From assembly GCA_030141605.1 (NCBI GenBank), contig JAQGDQ010001212.1, positions 1 to 55,105 on the forward strand: 55,105 nt of DNA. The letters are read 5' to 3'. Made by a program: the position numbers and the translations under genes. Of the stretch, positions 36,953-49,860 are shown piece by piece; positions within the stretch are counted from its first letter, which is position 1; the number at the start of each line of letters is the position of its first letter. Origin of the DNA: Tubiluchus corallicola. Taxonomy: Eukaryota; Animalia; Priapulida. The notes below the pieces were generated by a model. It was not told where the DNA came from. It saw nothing but the letters and a program-made list of their open reading frames with translations, and ran no database searches.

Positions 36953-39890
36953 CTTAAATAACACACAATGGGAAACATGTACTAAATGCTTCAAGCTCAG
37001 TATTAATATTAATACTAGCAAAGGCTCCGCAAAAAATTTTGCGTAAATATCCACATAGTCCTCGTTTGTTTAAGCCAGCGGCAGCAGCTTTTACTGAATT
37101 AAAGTTATAGACAGAGTATAATGGATGACGTCACAACAATGCCTTTGCTTCAGCAGTTTTCCAAGCGAAAATTTCCAAAAATGAACATCTAATTAACTCG
37201 CCGGTACTCCTTTCGGTGGACGTGTCCTAAAATCTAGCCCACATCATCGTGTAGCCCTGTTCTTCCTCTTTCTAAAGAGCTATATATCTCCTTTCGAGAG
37301 TCCCACCAGGCGCCGCTAGAACGTTTTTTCCGCATGCTGTTTGGTCAAAATTTCGAAAAAACCGCAAGTTGGGTCCGGGAAAATGCCCGTTACGGAAACG
37401 TGGCCCTCTCGCAAATTCTAAATATGCCTACTACACCCACCGCTGCACGGGCTATCTATCCATAGCCAGCACCACCCATGACCCGTTCTCATTCTTCACA
37501 TCTCAGCCATATAAGTTTTGCAAAAAACGTTCAAAAAATGGCCATTTGTGGAGGGTTTTTTCATTCCCCTTTCCTCGCGGTGGGCCCGATTCGAAAAATA
37601 AACCCCCAATGGCACGACACTAGATCGAGACCTTTTGTTTGATGTATAGATCATCGCAAATGGTGCCGCCGTCGAAGCTGTAGACTCGAATCTTATATAT
37701 TAAGCCCATACAGTAGAATTAATATATACGATGTATCGTATTCGCATCTAAAATTGATACGGCACGCGTATGACATGTATTAATGACTTTGATAGATTTG
37801 TGAACACCTGGTGCAGACTGAGATCCAGCTAATTCTATAACTTAATAATAACAATGAACACGGCTTCATTATTCACACCTTCATATCATAATTCTTGCCC
37901 TAGTGTAACTTACTCACATTAATAATCAAACACTGAATGACTGGAAAAATTATCTTGAAAAGTCAATTATATTTTATTTGCCCTCGGACTTTCAAGGCAA
38001 ATAATATTGTAAAGCAAAGAAGCTTTTCTTTTTATGCTGTAACTGCTTGAAAAAGTGCTCCCAAACTATTGTGTCTATCCATATTGCCTCTAGCTATTTC
38101 TCTCCCCCATGGGAAGCTATACATTACCACCTAACACCAATCTCTTGCTCTTGTTCCCCCCCCCCCTCTTACAGGGTTTCATTGGTTGGTTGGCATCCTT
38201 CTGTCTCGGAAGACAATGGAGTGTGTGCCAAGAGAGTCAGTTATTGATCACATTGATGGAGCTGTAGCGTCGACTGTGGCTGAGCAGTCCGATCCTTGAA
38301 CCACTGGAGTGGCCTCTCCAGGGCGCACACCTGGGCAAGGAGTATGGAGATCCTGAGTTGCCCAGACAACAGGAACCTCCTCTCTTCCTCCTTGGTGTAG
38401 TCCATAGGAAAGTGGAGCGATACGTTTGGCATCAGGTTGGCTGCAGGAGCTGCCGGAGTCAGTGAGCATGCTGCACTGGTCCACCTTCGAGGCTCCACTC
38501 CTGATTTGGAAGGTTTACTCCTCTACACCCTCCTTACTCCTGGGTCACTTGACCTCCTCCGCCCTCTGGCCGTTGGCTGCTTGTGCAGCTCCTCCGCCTA
38601 GTGTCGAGATACAGCTTACAGAGTTGCCCTTAATAAAATGAGCAAGATTCCACTTCTACCATATTCAAGATTAATGGTAGGCCTTGCGTAACCAGGGCCA
38701 CAATTTCGTTCTATTCAGCAAGAATCTAAGCAGATTCTCCCGCTACATTTTACGAGAATCCAGAAAATGGAGGTCTAAATTACCTAGTTCAAGCACCATT
38801 ATTAAAACAGTGAAAACTGAGTGACAGTTAAACTGATTTATTAATAACTAGGTTTCAGAATGTGTGTGGTACCATACATCCCATAGTTTATGACATCACT
38901 AACTAATTAACCTTTACATGCTATGGCTCCACAAATTATTTACAGAAACTTCACGCAGATGTTCATGAAACGTGGGCACTGTAGTGGTGTCTGATGGTTT
39001 AAATGAGTCTAAATACGGACAATTTTGTATCGTATCGTGTATCGTGTGCCTCGGGTTTGCGTTCACGTTACCTTGGCAGCGAGCATAGATCATGATCACG
39101 ATTTTTACGTGCAGCTCTGAATAACAGCAGAGTGCGCTAAAGACGTTGCGGTTGTAACAAAGTAAACTGTCAAAAGCAATGTGGTAGCGTACACGCTAAA
39201 ACAAACAGCGAAAAAGTCAGACTAGATGCAGTATTTCTTTGTTTTTTAACAATCAGGTAAAACCTGGGCGAATCTAACTAGATTCTTGCTAACGCACATT
39301 GGCGAGAATGCTTACGCTAGTGGATTCGCGTAAGCATTCTGGCCCTGCTTACTGTTGAATATGGGATTCCATTTACCGTGTGTCGAATTGTAAAATTAAA
39401 GACCTCAATAAGATGGAAATTTACAAGTGCAAAAAGACATCAATTATATTGTGATTAGCTGGTTGATAGAACAACAGATTTAAAATATTGAAAGAAAATC
39501 TATTCTTAATGTGACTTTATCAACAACCCCGAACACATGTATTTTAAACAAAATGGTTAAGAGAAAGTTCTCTATCGTAATTTGCTAACTCACTTACACT
39601 TTCAGTTTAAATAAAAACTTTATTTAAACTACATTAAGTTTTACTAAGCTTCCAGTCAGATGAAATACAAGAACTGAGGTTGTATTCAATGATAATTTGT
39701 GCCATTTTAATTTGCAAATAGCATGTGGATTTCATAAATACACCGCCGCAAAATTCAACTGACGGGTTCAACTGGGCCCAATGCATCATTCATCACTGAT
39801 TACAAACATGAAAATATGAAAAAGGAACCAAAATTACGATTAATCAGTTAGTGTTAAAAACCATATAAATTGTAAATTAATCCAACTTAC

Positions 39891-40040
39891 GACAATAGGA
39901 GTTCGATCAACATCAGTAGTTGGTGACCTCGGATCAGTACTCAATATTCTATGGCGTCCCGTGGGTGGCGTCTGTTTACATTCATGAGTTCCGTCTGCTT
40001 CTAAAGCATCGGTGATGTCTTTGGCAAACTGTCCGCCCAT
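39891..40040 (-). CDS. CDCA3: CDCA3-like first coding exon
   Basis: aaaaATG; MGGQFAK...ILSTDPRSPTTDVDRTPIV|gtaagt; Gly2 start and DPRSP-x5-RTPI motif as in CDCA3/TOME-1. Confidence 0.85.
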
Positions 40041-40658
40041 TTTTTAAATTGACCTCAAAATGATAAGTGTTTATAACAGGTGAAAGCTAGACTTCTTATT
40101 AGTTCAATTCCATTACGTTCAGTTAACCAGTCAAGGTGGAAAGGCACATTCACCTGGATGAAAAAATATGATGTAATTAGTAGTACCAGTTTCTCCAGTC
40201 CTCACAGTCACCAAGAACCAAACTGTTATCAGCAAGAGCAATGCTGTCCGCGCAACCGTCTCAATTTTTCACAGATAATGCTGGCTTATTAACATTAATA
40301 TTCATCTGCTTAACACACTAAATAATGTAACATAACGCACAAAGTATAACTAAATTTACAAAAGTTAAACCGCACCAGCACGAATCGCCCTAGAGGAAGC
40401 CTTAAAAAGTTTGCTTAAAGCCTGCCAAGCCCAAAAAACAACTTGAATAGCTAAAATAAATTTAATGAGATTCAAAGCTACAGACAAATCTAGCTTTAGC
40501 AGCAAAAATGTTAACTGCAAGATAGGAATAAACAGAAATGATAGTGTCTCAACGTCTACAAAGGAGCGCGCTCTGTTATCACCGTAACAAACAAAATGAA
40601 CATTTGAAGAAGAACAAATTGTTATTTGCAACTAACCTTTCACAATCACAGCGCAAAT

Positions 40659-40875
40659 TTCAAAATCAAAACACACGATTTGAGACTGTCGTTGACTATG
40701 AGGTTTTAGGCAACGAGAGACGATCCAACGCACCATTTTGCTCAAGTTTGTTTTATTGCAATTTTTGCGACTCTGGTACGCCAGAGTGCTGGACCAGAGC
40801 AACGGAAAGCAGACACTGACAGTCTGACGTCCAAAAACATTAAAAAAAAAACGAAAGCGAATAACCGCATTCAAA
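40659..40875 (-). promoter_or_regulatory. Candidate CDCA3 promoter / 5' UTR exon with two CHR-like TTTGAA sites
   Basis: TTTGAA on minus at 40659-40664 and 40870-40875 in a CpG-richer patch; candidate donor gttagt at 40631-40636. Hexamers are weak evidence in AT-rich DNA. Confidence 0.3.
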
Positions 40876-41068
40876 AAACATGCAAACTTAAAAATATTAA
40901 ATAATAATTTTAATGCATTTTTTTCAGCATCAAAGAAACAAACATCAGTGTATATCCAAAACAGGCTGCTGATAATGACAATAATTATGATGATAAATTT
41001 AATAATGATGATGATACGAAGAAGAAGAATAGTAATTATTCATTGTACTAATGATGATAATTTTAATA

Positions 41069-41126
41069 AAAATAATAATAACAATAACAACAACAACAAC
41101 AATAATAATAATAATAATAATAATAA

Positions 41127-41157
<31 letters not shown>

Positions 41158-41173
41158 AAGAAGAAGAAGAAGA
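41069..41173. repeat. (AAT)n(AAC)n(AAG)n microsatellite
   Basis: Directly visible. Confidence 0.95.
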
Positions 41174-42767
41174 ATTGACATAACAGTACCAACATTGGGA
41201 CTAAATATGTAGACTTTTAAAAATGTACAATCTAGCAGTTTAGTTTGGAAGAATCTGAGAAAAGTCAATTAGTGTTGCACTATGCAGTCCTAGCATAGTT
41301 GTAGAAAGTCTAGAAAATCCACTTATAAACATTAGCAATTACAGAGTGAGAACAGCAGGAGATACAGATCGAATCAAACTATTTTGGGTTCAGCATATAT
41401 ACATCCTGAGACTGTACATTTTGTTAAGCCTTACAGTTTTTTGTAGACTCAGCTTTGCACGTGATGATAAACCAGATGAGGGTTTATGGGACCAAATAAT
41501 TATAACAATTGTAATAACAATAATTGCATGGCACCTGTCATTTAGATTAATCTACAGCCAATTAACCAGACTCACTTCAAAAGCTTGATAAAAAAACTCA
41601 GTGCCATTTTACTAGTTGAATGAACAAGTCTGCATTTGATAATTATGACTCGATCACTGTAGCCTCATTCATGGAGCTCCATGCTTGTGAATTATTCTTA
41701 TACAGCTAACTGTAATTGGTTATGTATAATAGTTAAATTTTAATAATTATGTAATCTTTTTCTAAGATTAACAGAAGTATTAACTGCATATTACTTCAAT
41801 ACTAAAATAAAAAAATTACAAAAACATGAACTATTTCTATGTTTCCATAGATATCTCACTTAGATTTACCAATCATTATAAGTCAAGTTCATGTGGCATC
41901 ATTTGTACAGAAGTACGATTTCATGCCTCATTGCAGCTTTAATTATTTCTTACAAAGCTGGTTCAAAAAGTCTGATGCTGGAAAATAGTTATTGTGCAGG
42001 ATTTGTTTGAGAAAAGTCCGAATGAGTGTTACATGCGTGCAAAATTTTAAGCATTTGAGCATGCATAGTAAGTAAATGATTATATGCAGTTCAAATGGAT
42101 CATTATAATAATAATTATTTTCGTCGTTGTTGTTGTTACTGTCACTGTCACTGGTGTTGCCACACCTGCTGTTGTTGTTGTCATCCTTGTTTTTGTTATT
42201 ATTGTTGCCATATAAAGTATGTATACTGTACATACTTGGTATTACTCAATCGCTACCGTTGTCAATATTGCTGCTGTTGCTATTGCCACCACTCTCATTA
42301 CCATTATCACTATCGCCATTGTTGTTGTTGTTAAGTTATATCTAGTCCTCTCACTGTCATGTAGACGGGAGTTGCTTTCACTATTCTTGCATAACTCTTC
42401 TGCCAATTTTACTGTTGCTGTTGTAATTGGCACCACCATGGCTGTCGTCGTTATTTTTGTTACATTCTTTGCTGCATTTGTTGCTATCCTAGTTACTCGT
42501 TGTAGTTTGTCAACAACTTGCCAATTTGCTATCTTGTTAGGCGAAGTAGAGCAGTAAAGAGAATTGGGTAAAGTTCGGTAAAAAGCTGGTTTTGTTTTGC
42601 TTCGGGATTTGGCAAATGAGATATCAAGTTATTAACAGACAAATCAAATGGCGCCAGAGATGAAACTATGCATTGCCACAAAAATGAGCAAATCGACGGC
42701 TTGATGGTGATGAGATTAATAGATGCGGCTTTTGGTTAGAGCAGCGAAAATACTGTAATTAATTAAA

Positions 42768-42795
42768 ATGTCAAATCTGGAAGATATGAAGTCAG
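42768..42795 (+). CDS. CEP20: CEP20/FOPNL exon 1
   Basis: aaaATG MSNLEDMKS+g|gtaagc; joins in phase to VLKETLEKRG. Confidence 0.8.
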
Positions 42796-43480
42796 GTAAG
42801 CCAAGCTGATTCTGGCTCTGATAATTTTTCGGTGGTACAGTCTTGATCCATTAAGCAGCGAGCAAAGTCTCAATATGAATGAGAATATGGACCGAAACAT
42901 TTAGTTGACATAAACAATTGCAAACAAATGGTTGTTTAATAGCATCTTCTTCTTAATGCTGCTTACCTAAATTTACTGTTGTTCCAAACCCGAAAAGAAA
43001 CGATCAGAACCGATACAGATTTTTTGATTTTCTTCGGAACCGATACCGAACCAATGTATCCCATTTATTTTTTTGAAAACCGATACCAATTAAGCGATCA
43101 CTGATTATTGTTTAGCCCAGATATAAATGCAAACTATAGTATTAACACTTGTGTTCACTGTTAGAAAATTGGACGTATCTTTCAAAAATGGAGACTTTTC
43201 CCTGTCTTTATGTATAAACGTTCTTGTTGCTAATGCTGGAAGCTCGAAATGTGTATACACGTCAATGTTATTCCGATTCAGACTGATATAGATTTTCCTC
43301 GAAACTGATACCAATCCAGCATTTTTCGCGAATATCAGCGATCGACCTATCAGCAATCGTCCTATCGGAACAACACTGCTTACCATGTGAGTTAACCCCA
43401 TTGAATCAGCAATAGTTGAATTTTCATTTATTTTTATTTTCATCGTGTTAATGCCGTAAAGTTTTACTACTTTGCTACAC

Positions 43481-44376
43481 GTATAATAAAGTCAGACTCA
43501 TATGAACTTGTATAATAAAGTCAGACTCATATGAACTTGTATAATAAAGTCAGACTCATATGAACTTCTATAATAAAGTCAGACTCATATGAACTTGTAT
43601 AATAAAGTCAGATTCATATGAACTTGTATAATAAAGTCAGATTCATATGAACTTGTATAATAAAGTCAGACTCATATGAACTTGTATAATAAAGTCAGAT
43701 TCATATGAACTTGTATAATAAAGTCAGATTCATATGAACTTGTATAATAAAGTCAGATTCATATGAACTTGTATAATAAAGTCAGACTCATATGAACTTG
43801 TATAATAAAGTCAGACTCATATGAACTTGTATAATAAAGTCAGATTCATATGAACTTGTATAATAAAGTCAGATTCATATGAACTTGTATAATAAAGTCA
43901 GACTCATATGAACTTGTATAATAAAGTCAGACTCATATGAACTTGTATAATAAAGTCAGACTCATATGAACTTGTATAATAAAGTCAAACTCATATGAAC
44001 TTGTATAATAAAGTCAGACTCATATGAACTTGTATAATAAAGTCAGATTCATATGAACTTGTATAATAAAGTCAGACTCGTATGAACGTGTATAATAAAG
44101 TCAGACTCATATGAACTTGTATAATAAAGTCAGACTCATGAACTTGTATAATAAAGTCAGACTCATATGAACTTGTATAATAAAGTCAGACTCATATGAA
44201 CTTGTATAATAAAGTCAGACTCGTATGAACTTCTATAATAAAGTCAGATTCATATGAACGTGTGTAATAAAGTCAGACTCATATGAACGTGTATAATAAA
44301 GTCAGACTCATATGAACTTGTATAATAAAGTCAGATTCATATGAACTTGTATAATAAAGTCAGATTCATATGAACT
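43481..44376. repeat. 29-bp minisatellite, about 31 copies
   Basis: Unit tataataaagtcagactcatatgaacttg. Confidence 0.97.
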
Positions 44377-45459
44377 GTTGCAGTGAATAGCGAAATTCCT
44401 TTAAAATCTTGATGGTATTCACAGAAGTCTTTATTTCTGTTAATAAAATAAAATTACAAAATTGTGAGTTTGCAAATAGATTTTGATGTCTTCTGACTGA
44501 TTCCTCCAAATAACCCAAAACAAACAGTATTAGCAAATTAATTGTCACGTTAGGCAATTACTGGTGTTGCAGCTATTCTGTAAAACTTACTATTACTTGA
44601 ACTTAAAATGGAACATTGTGATAAAATATATTATGTTAGCTTATGTTTAACAAAGTAATTATTCGTATAATTCAAAGTAATTGTAACAATACCATAGATA
44701 TGGTTTGTGTAGATCAAAAATCTTGGTGTGTAGATCAAAGAGCTTTGCAGTGTTCTGCATTCTAGACTGTCTTGCTGCTCTGATCTTCTTTGTTTAAGTT
44801 CCTAATTAGTTTAATAAATATTATTTTATTATGTACGCATTTGTCTGGTTGCTAATATTATTGTAGCGTGTAACAGTAATTATCAACACTTACATTGTTG
44901 CGGCTATGAAAACATTAAGGTAATGAAGTAGGTCCAACAAAAACATAAGGCTCTAATCTTGAAAAACAAAAATATTAGCAATTCTGGAACGTGTCAACAT
45001 AAATCATGGCAGTCTGACTACTGCTGCTCAAGCCAACTCACCTACCCAAACCAGGTGAAACAGGTGGCAGCACTTACACAAGAACATCAAATTTTCTGCT
45101 AAATATTAAAGCAAAGTGAAACAAATTTTTGCCTAATGCAGAGAGGCTGCCACATGAACCAAAATAATAAGATCAAGAACACCTAGCAATAATATATTGT
45201 AATAATATTTTAAGATTCTACCTTGCTATTTGTTCTTAAGGCGGCTATTGATTTGTAATTTAACGTTAAGCATTCTGTAGTTCTGTTTTACTTCTCTTTT
45301 TCAATAATATATCCTCTGTTAGGTATAGCATTTGCCAACATACTCTGTAATTGAAATATCTGCGCAATAAACTTGAATTGAATTTACAGCTTTTTTCGTG
45401 TTACAAATAGGGACATTAAATAGTTAACTTAATTTTCATACGTGTATTGACTCAATCAC

Positions 45460-45710
45460 GAGACGGCTTAGTCTAGTGGTAATGCGTCTGCTTTCCGTCT
45501 GGGAGGTCTTGAGTTCGAACCAGCGGCCGGGTCATACCAAAGACTTTAAAAATGGTACCTGCTGTTGCCTTGCCTGACACGTGCTAGTTAGGGTAAAAGT
45601 GCGGTAATAATAGTCTCTGTTATGTAGTTGTAGGTTGTTATTTACAGTCGGCGATAATAGCTCTTTGACCTAATGTTAATTGTTGACCCAAAAGCCGACT
45701 TTAAATAAAG

Positions 45711-45749
<39 letters not shown>
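45460..45749 (+). mobile_element. tRNA-derived SINE
   Basis: A box (tagtctagtgg), B box (gagttcgaacc), central gggtcataccaaagactttaaaaatggtacc domain, aataaa and (tta)n tail; flanked by aatcac on both sides. Confidence 0.85.
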
Positions 45750-45752
<3 letters not shown>

Positions 45753-46033
45753 CACACTTATTTCAGAAATTTTAATTTGTTATTTTATAACATTTTATTC
45801 TAACTCCTTAGCTTTTTATTGTTACTTTTTTGGTTTAGGCCATATGCATTGCTGAAATCATTTTAGTGCTTTGAACATTTCAAAACGTGCGTTTTATATT
45901 CCAGTAAGAAGTAAGCCACCTAGTGGATTTGCAATGATTTGTCTGCAAGAATGCAGAGGAGAAATTTTGACATAACTTTTACAATGACAATTTACATTGA
46001 ATTTACTCATCACAGCTGCTTCCATTGTTTTAG

Positions 46034-46231
46034 TGCTTAAAGAGACTCTAGAGAAAAGAGGAGTTTTGGGGCAGCTGAAAGCACGGATTAGAGCGGAGAT
46101 ATTCCAAGCGCTTGATGATCAAAGTGAAACGAAACCTCGTCTGAGTCATGAAAACATGTTGATTAATGAACTGATTCGGGAGTATTTACTATTCAACAAT
46201 TATAAATACTCGGAATCTGTGCTCACAGCTG
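46034..46231 (+). CDS. CEP20: CEP20/FOPNL exon 2 (includes LisH motif)
   Basis: ttttag|VLKETLEKRGVLGQLKARIRAEIFQALDDQSETKPRLSHENMLINELIREYLLFNNYKYSESVLTA|gtatgt; strongly FOPNL-like. Confidence 0.95.
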
Positions 46232-47191
46232 GTATGTTTTTTTGCATTTTAGTTTTTTATATCCATTAGCTAGTATGCCTGATAAAGGTATAGCATGAAC
46301 AAATGAATAAACTTGTACTGGAAATTTAGCATACTTAGCAGCCTTCTCTTTGGCCACTGTTAGTGTCTCTGAAAGGCATTTATGACAACTTTAAAAGTCT
46401 CAGTTGTATTTTCATATAAACCACTGTTCTTTATTTCTGCAACATTTAAAACAAAAAAATAGAAAGGCAAAGGTGACTGACATTGGCTAATTTAGTTAGA
46501 TTGTTAATGAATAATGAATAAATCAAAATAAAAATTAATAGAAGTAAACTTGCATCGTTGCGGCATATCTAATGAAAAATTTCGCTAGCTTGTACAAGAC
46601 ACATGTTCACTCATACAACAGAACAGCATAAATGAAAACATAACTAGGTCAATGTCCACAATTTAAACTTTCTAGCTAGATGGAGCCACCTTGGCTACAA
46701 AATTAAAATTTATTAAGTGTTAGGTTCACACTGGCCTTAATAGCCACCTTGTGGCGATTTTAGGCCTGATCACATGATCACGGCTGATCTGGTTGAGTGG
46801 ACTGAATTTTGTTAACACAAGACAATTTATAAGGCGTTACAATATCGTCGTGTTGTGCGTTTTGAAAGTTCATGATTTGGGTGGAATAATGTATGTATAT
46901 CTTTTATTACTTTTAAAATTAGTTATTTAGCTAAATTACAAATTAGTTAAACATTACAGTAAAACTGTAGTGTAAAAACTGCGGCATTATGTATAATTAT
47001 TGATCTTTTGGTTATTGGTATTTTTTGGCACAAACTTTTTATTGTTTAGATGGAATGACATGTTTTTGCGAATAAAAGGCAAGAAAGAGCCAAATTTATT
47101 GATCAAAGCTTCGAATGTCAATTAGTTTTAAAATCCCAAAACTTGTAGAAAAAGGCATTTTAATAGGTTTGAAGATAAGACCATAGTTGTG

Positions 47192-47625
47192 AAAGTCATT
47201 TTTGAAGTTGTAGATCACTCACTTTGTTATGATTGAGTTTAGGCACAGAAGTATGAACAAGAATAAAAAATGTATAATACATATTTGCACTGCACACAAC
47301 AGAAAAGTGTTTATTGAATCTACAGAAACATGAGTAGCATGACTGCTGCACTGAACACTGAGAGTTAGAGAGTGAGAGAGTGAGAGTGACTAGAAAGCAA
47401 AACCAGTCAGTATATATAGGTAGGTATAAAACTTGACCTATGCAGACTTGCACAGGCTTCACAACAACCATTACTTTAAAATAGGGAGAGAACCAGTGAA
47501 TATGCATTCACTGGACCATACAGTTAATACAGTTATACTGGGGGTAAGTCAGCTGGTAGAATGTAACACGATTAGCCCATAGATGGCAGCACCTAATTAA
47601 AATGTACAATTCCAACTTCCACAAT
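47192..47625 (+). repeat. Dispersed direct repeat, copy 1
   Basis: Nearly collinear with 48640-49148. Confidence 0.88.
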
Positions 47626-47858
47626 AGTGAAATGTTATTTGTTTATGATGTTTATGTTGTTTGACAAATAGCCAGCCAGAAAAAGTTTTGATTGTGTAAA
47701 TTGCCATTGATTATAAAGTTCGACGGAATGGTAGTTGCAGACAAAATTTGAGAAGCTATTGTAGCAAACTTTCATAGTGGTGAAAGCTGCATGTGTATTG
47801 TACTTGGTTAATTGTATGAAGTTTGTGTGAAGCACAAGTTTTAGGTTTTCGTTCAGAA

Positions 47859-48245
47859 TAGGGTTACCATACGTCCGGGTTTCCCCGGACACGTCCTCTT
47901 TTTGGGCATCTGTCTGGGCGTTCAGGCGGGTTTTCAAAAAATCGGCAGGTTGTCCGGGTTTTGTCTCAATCCGTAAGTATGTACGGACGTTGCCAACTGC
48001 AGAGGCGTACGACAGGACGAGACAAAGAAAAGCTCGTTAATTTTCAATACAAGATGTTGCTAACATCTCAAAATGCTACCCTTGTAAAAGCTTTGTGTAC
48101 ATATTTACTGAACAAAAGTAAGCGCTGCGCACATCACTATGGGTCACACGACTCACACCGCTGTCGATACTCGGCGTATTCGCTAACGACTTAAAATGAC
48201 GTCAGACAGTGTTCTCTTTTTCAACTCAGACAATATGGTAAGCCT
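47859..48245. mobile_element. MITE with tagggttaccata / tatggtaagccta termini
   Basis: Imperfect TIRs and internal ccggg/gtcc motifs; no TSD found. Confidence 0.55.
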
Positions 48246-48639
48246 ATGTACATTAAGTTAAGTCAGCTGTTGTCAGTTACAGGCTGACTCTGTGTGTAAA
48301 AATTTCATTCTGCATTAATTGTGTTACTAATTTTTTAAAAGTTTTATTATTTTGTCTCTTTTCATCTTTGTTTGATTGCCATCTTAATTAACCCATGCTG
48401 ATCGAGTTCGTATGCTGTAGCGAATTTATAAAAAAGTCTTTAAAAAATATATAAAATATATAATAATTATATAATATATAATAATAATAGTAAATAAAAT
48501 ATATATTTTAAGAATTTATAAGAAGACATTTTGCAGAAAGAGAAGATATTTTTTCCACCCATTTGGGGACCAAGATGACCCTTTACCTTCATAGTTCAGT
48601 AAACTTTAATAATGTTCATTCTAGCTCATTGAAGACTGT

Positions 48640-49148
48640 AAAAGTCATTTTAAAGTTGTTGATCACTCACTTTGTTATGATTGAGTTTAGACACAGAGAA
48701 GTATGAATAGGAATAAAAAATCTATAAAACATATTTGCACTGCACACAACAGAAAAGTGTTTATTAAAACTACAGACACATGAGTAGCAAAACTGCTGCA
48801 CTGAACACTGAGAGTGAGAGTCTCCTGCACTGAACACTGAGAGTGAGAGTGTGAGAGTCTCCTGCACTGAACACTGAGAGTTAGATTGAGAGAGTGTCCT
48901 GCACTGAACACTGAGAGTGAGAGTGACTAGAAAGTAAAAACAGTCAGTATATACAGGTATAGGACTTGACCTATGCAGACTTGCACAGGCTTCACAACAA
49001 CCATTACTTTAAAATAGGGAGAGAACCAGTGTGTATGCATTCACTGGACAGTACAATTATACTGAGGGTAAGTCAGCTGGTAGAATGTAACAGGATTAGC
49101 CCATAGATGGCAGCACCTAATTAAAATGTACAATTCCAACTTCCACAA
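48640..49148 (+). repeat. Dispersed direct repeat, copy 2, with internal tandem expansion
   Basis: As 47192-47625, but the ctgcactgaacactgagag unit is present 4 times. Confidence 0.88.
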
Positions 49149-49261
49149 AGACATTCATTCGAGGTTGAAATGGTTGTTACTAGTATTTAAAAGATTAAAA
49201 ACAATATTGTATGGCACATAGCTACACGATTAACCAAGTAACAGAAATTTTTCCATTTCAG

Positions 49262-49346
49262 AAGCTGGACAGCCTCGGACGTCGCTAGATCGTGCGTTTT
49301 TGTCCCACGAACTTAACATTTCCCAAGTTGGAGAATCACAAAATGT
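49262..49346 (+). CDS. CEP20: CEP20/FOPNL exon 3
   Basis: atttcag|(E)AGQPRTSLDRAFLSHELNISQVGESQN+gt|gtaagt; like ESGQP..LDRQFL.HELN. Confidence 0.9.
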
Positions 49347-49860
49347 GTAAGTACATTCTCTTTAAGTCTTGTCAGAATTATACCATATATGACTTGGGAC
49401 AATACTTTGTTTGTTGCTACAAAATTACTTGTACTTTCCATTTTAAAAGATTAGTTTGATTGTTCACATGTAAAATGCAATGCAGTAATAATAACTGACA
49501 TAATAGTTAGGAAGTCACAAAATTTCTATAATATGCATTTGCAGGGAATTTGAGCCATTCTTCAGTTCTAGTATAAAGTTAATGTGCTGTTGAGTTTTTT
49601 CAGCAAAATTTGCAATCTTATCTTTTAAGCTGTATGGATTAACCCTAATATGGAATAGTTTTATGAATGCTCTCTTGTTGAAACTTTGGAATCTTGTATT
49701 GGTTTAGATTGGATGAACTTTTCGGGGGTCGTTAGTGACTTTTGGCTATCAGGAAATAGGCCTTTAACGTTTGTTATGGTTCGACAGGGACCCGAAAAAT
49801 TTCATTTTAAAGGAACACCGGATGATTGTGTAAACGTTAGTTCAGAATAAAGAATGCCCG

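Noticed and set aside
42095-42557. Cys/His-rich and hydrophobic ORFs upstream of CEP20
   Set aside because: Degenerate (GTT/GTC/ATT)n low-complexity sequence.
45460-45535. tRNA gene
   Set aside because: No proper acceptor stem or poly-T terminator; continues into a SINE body and tail.
47576-47593. CTCF-like tagatggcagca motif (also near 20080 and 49104)
   Set aside because: 5' half does not match the CTCF core well, and two of three instances are inside a duplicated repeat.
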